Virus record (IMG/VR): IMGVR_UViG_2654588006_000005 | Span: 1-43,929 of that record | DNA length: 43,929 nucleotides | Reading direction: 5' to 3' (one strand) | From: a virus | Taxonomy: Duplodnaviria; Heunggongvirae; Uroviricota; Caudoviricetes | Shown: in pieces, positions 40,393 through 43,929 of the stretch | Layout: every line of letters begins with the position of its first letter | Position numbering within the stretch: the first letter of the stretch is position 1 | Made by a program: the position numbers and the translations under genes | The notes under the pieces: generated by a model | The model's input: the letters and a program-made list of their open reading frames with translations, nothing else | What the model was told of the DNA's origin: nothing | Database searches by the model: none

Positions 40393-41217
40393 ATGTCTCA
40401 GAACTTAGACGCAACCGCAATTAATCAAATCCATGCCCTTATTTCTGCTCAGGGTGTTAATGAAATTATCAGTAAGATTGGTGCCGATGCTGTGGCATTG
40501 CCTGAGAATTTCCGCATTCATGATCTGGAAAAATTTAATTTAAATCGCTTCCGTTTCCGTGGTGCACTTTCCACTGCCAGCATCGATGATTTTACCCGTT
40601 ATTCTAAAGATCTTGCAGATGAAGGCACCCGCTGCTTTATCGATGCCGATAATATGCGTGCCGTCAGTGTGCTTAACCTGGGTACTATTGATGAGCCAGG
40701 TCACGCAGATAACACTGCCACTCTCAAACTGAAAAAGACAGCACCGTTCTCTGCTCTGTTGTCTGTTAACGGCGAGCGTAACTCCCAGAAGTCACTGGCA
40801 GAATGGATCGAAGACTGGGCCGACTACCTTGTGGGCTTTGATGCTAATGGTGACGCCATTCAAGCAACAAAAGCGGCTGCGGCAGTCCGTAAAATCACGA
40901 TTGAAGCAAACCAGACCGCTGATTTTGAAGATAATGACTTCAGCGGCAAACGCTCCCTGATGGAGTCTGTCGAAGCGAAGACCAAAGACATTATGCCAGT
41001 GGCATTTGAATTTAAATGCGTTCCGTTTGAAGGTCTGAAAGAACGTCCGTTTAAATTACGCCTCAGCATTATCACTGGCGATCGTCCTGTACTGGTTCTG
41101 CGCATTATTCAGCTGGAAGCGGTGCAGGAAGAAATGGCTAACGAATTTCGTGATCTGCTTGTTGAGAAATTCAAAGACAGCAAAGTAGAAACCTTTATTG
41201 GTACTTTCACCGCCTGA
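40393..41217 (+). CDS. yfdQ: YfdQ-like protein (DUF2303-type, 274 aa)
   Basis: 274 aa; gene order and lengths (120/274/178/120/101 aa) match the CPS-53 yfdPQRST cluster as recalled. Confidence 0.6.
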   Translation: MSQNLDATAINQIHALISAQGVNEIISKIGADAVALPENFRIHDLEKFNLNRFRFRGALSTASIDDFTRYSKDLADEGTRCFIDADNMRAVSVLNLGTIDEPGHADNTATLKLKKTAPFSALLSVNGERNSQKSLAEWIEDWADYLVGFDANGDAIQATKAAAAVRKITIEANQTADFEDNDFSGKRSLMESVEAKTKDIMPVAFEFKCVPFEGLKERPFKLRLSIITGDRPVLVLRIIQLEAVQEEMANEFRDLLVEKFKDSKVETFIGTFTA

Positions 41218-41344
41218 TTTCATTACTGCAAATGCCCCTGCGGGGGCATTTATGGAAACGTAATTAACTCAATAATCACCGGATGGTGAGGGCTTCCTTT
41301 TACCAGAATTCAGCGCGGTGCAGTGCATATACGTGGAGAACAAA

Positions 41345-41881
41345 ATGTCATTTATTAAAACTTTTTCCGGGAAGCATTTTTATTATGACAAGATAAATAA
41401 AGACGACATCGATATTAACGATATCGCGGTTTCCCTTTCAAATATCTGTCGCTTTGCCGGTCATCTTTCGCACTTCTACAGCGTCGCCCAACATGCGGTT
41501 CTTTGCAGCCAGCTGGTGCCGCAGGAATTTGCTTTTGAAGCGTTAATGCATGATGCAACAGAATCGTATTGCCAGGACATTCCCGCACCACTGAAACGCC
41601 TTCTTCCTGACTATAAACGGATGGAAGAAAAAATAGACGCCGTAATCCGTGAGAAATACGGGTTACCCCCAGTTATGAGTACACCCGTGAAATATGCCGA
41701 TCTCATCATGCTGGCAACCGAACGCCGCGATCTCGGGCTTGATGATGGCTCTTTCTGGCCTGTACTGGAAGGCATCCCGGCAACAGAGATGTTCAACGTG
41801 ATTCCACTGGCACCGGGTCATGCCTACGGGATGTTTATGGAACGTTTTAACGATTTATCGGAGTTACGCAAATGCGCATGA
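41345..41881 (+). CDS. yfdR: HD-domain phosphohydrolase, YfdR-like 5'-deoxynucleotidase (178 aa)
   Basis: HD motif region ...FEALMHDATESYCQDIPAPLK...; 178 aa from MSFIKTF. Confidence 0.65.
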   Translation: MSFIKTFSGKHFYYDKINKDDIDINDIAVSLSNICRFAGHLSHFYSVAQHAVLCSQLVPQEFAFEALMHDATESYCQDIPAPLKRLLPDYKRMEEKIDAVIREKYGLPPVMSTPVKYADLIMLATERRDLGLDDGSFWPVLEGIPATEMFNVIPLAPGHAYGMFMERFNDLSELRKCA

Positions 41882-42234
41882 ATGTTTTCGAAATGGAAGG
41901 GTTTCTTCGCGGGAAATGTGTACCGCGAGATCTGAAAGTGAACGAAACAAATGCTGAGTACCTGTTACGTAAATTCGACGCGCTTGAAGCTAAATGTGCG
42001 GCACTGGAAAACAAAATAATACCAGTGTCAGCTGAACTGCCACCAGCAAATGAAAGTGTTCTGTTATTTGATGCTAATGGAGAAGGCTGGCTGATTGGCT
42101 GGCGTTCTCTCTGGTACACCTGGGGACAAAAAGAAACCGGAGAATGGCAGTGGACATTTCAGGTCGGGGACCTTGAAAACGTCAATATCACTCACTGGGC
42201 AGTAATGCCAAAAGCACCGGAGGCTGGAGCATAA
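41872..42234 (+). CDS. hypothetical protein, YfdS-like (120 aa)
   Basis: Overlaps the yfdR-like stop; 120 aa; Trp-rich C-terminal half. Confidence 0.5.
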   Translation: MRMNVFEMEGFLRGKCVPRDLKVNETNAEYLLRKFDALEAKCAALENKIIPVSAELPPANESVLLFDANGEGWLIGWRSLWYTWGQKETGEWQWTFQVGDLENVNITHWAVMPKAPEAGA

Positions 42235-42539
42235 TGACCACATTTACCAATAAAGAACTGATTAAAGAAATCAAAGAACGAATCAGCAGCCTAGAGGTTC
42301 GAGACGATATTGAGCGCCGTGCTTATGAAATCGCACTCGTATCTCTGGAAGTAGAGCCAGATGAACGCGAAGCCTATGAATTATTCATGGAAAAGCGTTT
42401 CGGTGACTTAATAGATCGTCGGAGAGTAAAAAACGGCGATAACGAATACATGGCATGGGATATGACTCTCGGTTGGATCGTCTGGCAGCAACGAGCTGGT
42501 ATCCATTTTTCAACAATGACACAGCAAGAGGTGAAATAA
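42234..42539 (+). CDS. hypothetical protein, YfdT-like (101 aa)
   Basis: ATGA overlap with the preceding ORF; 101 aa. Confidence 0.5.
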   Translation: MTTFTNKELIKEIKERISSLEVRDDIERRAYEIALVSLEVEPDEREAYELFMEKRFGDLIDRRRVKNGDNEYMAWDMTLGWIVWQQRAGIHFSTMTQQEVK

Positions 42540-42910
42540 TGGAGCCATACAGCCTCACACTCGATGAGGCCTGTCAGTTTCTTAAGATATCCAGACCAAC
42601 CGCCACCAACTGGATACGAACAGGCCGCCTACAGGCAACACGTAAAGATCCAACCAAGCCAAAATCTCCTTACCTCACAACACGGCAAGCCTGCATTGCG
42701 GCGCTTCAGTCTCCGCTGCATACTGTCCAGGTGAGCGCGGGTGATGGCATAACAGAGGAAAGAAAATGTCACTCTTCCGCAGAAATGAAATATGGTATGC
42801 CTCGTATTCGCTCCCGGGCGGGAAACGAATTAAGGAATCTCTTGGCACAAAGGACAAGCGGCAAGCTCAGGAGTTGCACGACAAGCGAAAAGCAGAACTC
42901 TGGCGAGTAG
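42539..42910 (+). CDS. xis: excisionase-like protein, P22-type (about 123 aa), overlapping int
   Basis: [38 protein letters not shown]... HTH typical of excisionases; TAATG overlap with the upstream stop; 3' end overlaps the int start by about 145 nt. Confidence 0.55.
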   Translation: MEPYSLTLDEACQFLKISRPTATNWIRTGRLQATRKDPTKPKSPYLTTRQACIAALQSPLHTVQVSAGDGITEERKCHSSAEMKYGMPRIRSRAGNELRNLLAQRTSGKLRSCTTSEKQNSGE

Positions 42911-43929
42911 AAAAGCTAGGGGATTTACCTGATGTCACTTTTGAAGAGGCCTGCCTAAGATGGCTTGAGGAAAAAGCTGATAAAAAATCTCTCGATTCAG
43001 ATAAAAGCCGGATTGAGTTCTGGCTTGAACATTTTGAGGGTATAAGGCTTAAAGATATCTCGGAGGCAAAGATTTACTCTGCTGTAAGCAGAATGCATAA
43101 CAGAAAGACGAAAGAAATATGGAAACAGAAAGTTCAGGCCGCCATCAGGAAAGGTAAAGAACCGCCTGTTTATGAACCAAAGCCAGTATCAACTCAGACA
43201 AAGGCAAAGCATCTTGCCATGATAAAGGCCATTCTCCGTGCTGCAGAACGCGACTGGAAGTGGCTGGAAAAAGCGCCTGTCATCAAGATACCAGCGGTCA
43301 GAAACAAGCGAGTCAGATGGCTGGAAAAGGAGGAAGCAAAACGCCTTATTGATGAGTGCCCCGAACCACTGAAATCTGTCGTCAAGTTTGCGCTGGCAAC
43401 TGGTCTGAGAAAGTCGAACATCATAAATCTGGAATGGCAACAAATCGACATGCAGCGACGAGTTGCCTGGGTGAATCCAGAAGAGAGCAAATCAAACCGC
43501 GCCATTGGTGTGGCGCTGAACGATACCGCCTGTAAAGTGTTGCGTGATCAAATAGGCAAGCATCACAAATGGGTGTTTGTACATACCAAGGCGGCTAAGC
43601 GAGCAGATGGAACATCAACGCCTGCGGTCAGGAAGATGCGCATCGACAGCAAGACATCATGGCTATCAGCTTGTCGTCGTGCAGGAATTGAAGATTTCCG
43701 TTTCCATGACCTCAGACACACCTGGGCAAGCTGGCTGATCCAGTCAGGCGTCCCATTATCTGTGCTTCAGGAAATGGGCGGATGGGAGTCCATAGAAATG
43801 GTTCGTAGGTATGCTCACCTTGCGCCTAATCATTTGACAGAGCATGCAAGGAAAATAGACGACATTTTTGGTGATAATGTCCCAAATATGTCCCACTGTG
43901 GAATTATGGAGGATATAAAGAAGGCGTAA
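42766..43929 (+). CDS. int: tyrosine integrase, P22-type (387 aa)
   Basis: C-terminal catalytic region ...[47 protein letters not shown]... (R...HxxR...Y); 387 aa as P22 Int; stop codon is the last 3 bases of the window. Confidence 0.9.
   Translation: MSLFRRNEIWYASYSLPGGKRIKESLGTKDKRQAQELHDKRKAELWRVEKLGDLPDVTFEEACLRWLEEKADKKSLDSDKSRIEFWLEHFEGIRLKDISEAKIYSAVSRMHNRKTKEIWKQKVQAAIRKGKEPPVYEPKPVSTQTKAKHLAMIKAILRAAERDWKWLEKAPVIKIPAVRNKRVRWLEKEEAKRLIDECPEPLKSVVKFALATGLRKSNIINLEWQQIDMQRRVAWVNPEESKSNRAIGVALNDTACKVLRDQIGKHHKWVFVHTKAAKRADGTSTPAVRKMRIDSKTSWLSACRRAGIEDFRFHDLRHTWASWLIQSGVPLSVLQEMGGWESIEMVRRYAHLAPNHLTEHARKIDDIFGDNVPNMSHCGIMEDIKKA

Overview
The window is almost entirely one lambdoid prophage (enterobacterial, E. 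coli-like), lying in reverse orientation: lambda left-arm morphogenesis genes are on the minus strand and the immunity and early-left genes on the plus strand. Reading left to right: tfa, stf, lom, J, I, K, L, M, H, G/T, V, U, Z, FII, FI, E, D, C/Nu3, B, W, A, Nu1 (all minus), cos (cosN about 23708-23719), a small accessory region with bor and a TonB-C-like lipoprotein, a lysis cassette (Rz/Rz1, SAR-type lysozyme, DUF1327-like ORF, phage-21-type dual-start pinholin), a ~3.4 kb cargo region between S and Q (orphan amino-methyltransferase, small wHTH ORF, AT-rich 176-aa gene directly behind pR'/tR'), Q, a Nin-like region (HNH-motif protein, KilA-N protein, RusA, LexA-DNA-binding-domain-only protein), a replication initiator with internal iterons, YdaT-like and Cro/YdaS-like genes, the CI-like S24 repressor (plus), an AT-rich ParA/MinD-like ATPase at the rex-equivalent position, a ~900 bp ORF-free structured early-left leader with no N gene, a yfdP-yfdT-like module, and P22-type xis/int ending exactly at the window end. 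Calls rest on my reading of the supplied translations and on recalled lambda, P22 and E. coli K-12 prophage sequences; no database search was run. Coordinates of CDSs follow the ORF track (stop included), with starts moved to internal Met/GTG where lambda homology or an RBS supports it; small motif coordinates may be off by 1-2 bp, since my base indexing disagreed with the track by one base near 27420-27540. The most notable observations are an in-frame amber codon in G just upstream of the G-T frameshift site, the AT-rich cargo gene in the Stx-toxin slot behind pR', the ParA-like ATPase in the rexAB slot, and the N-less structured early leader.
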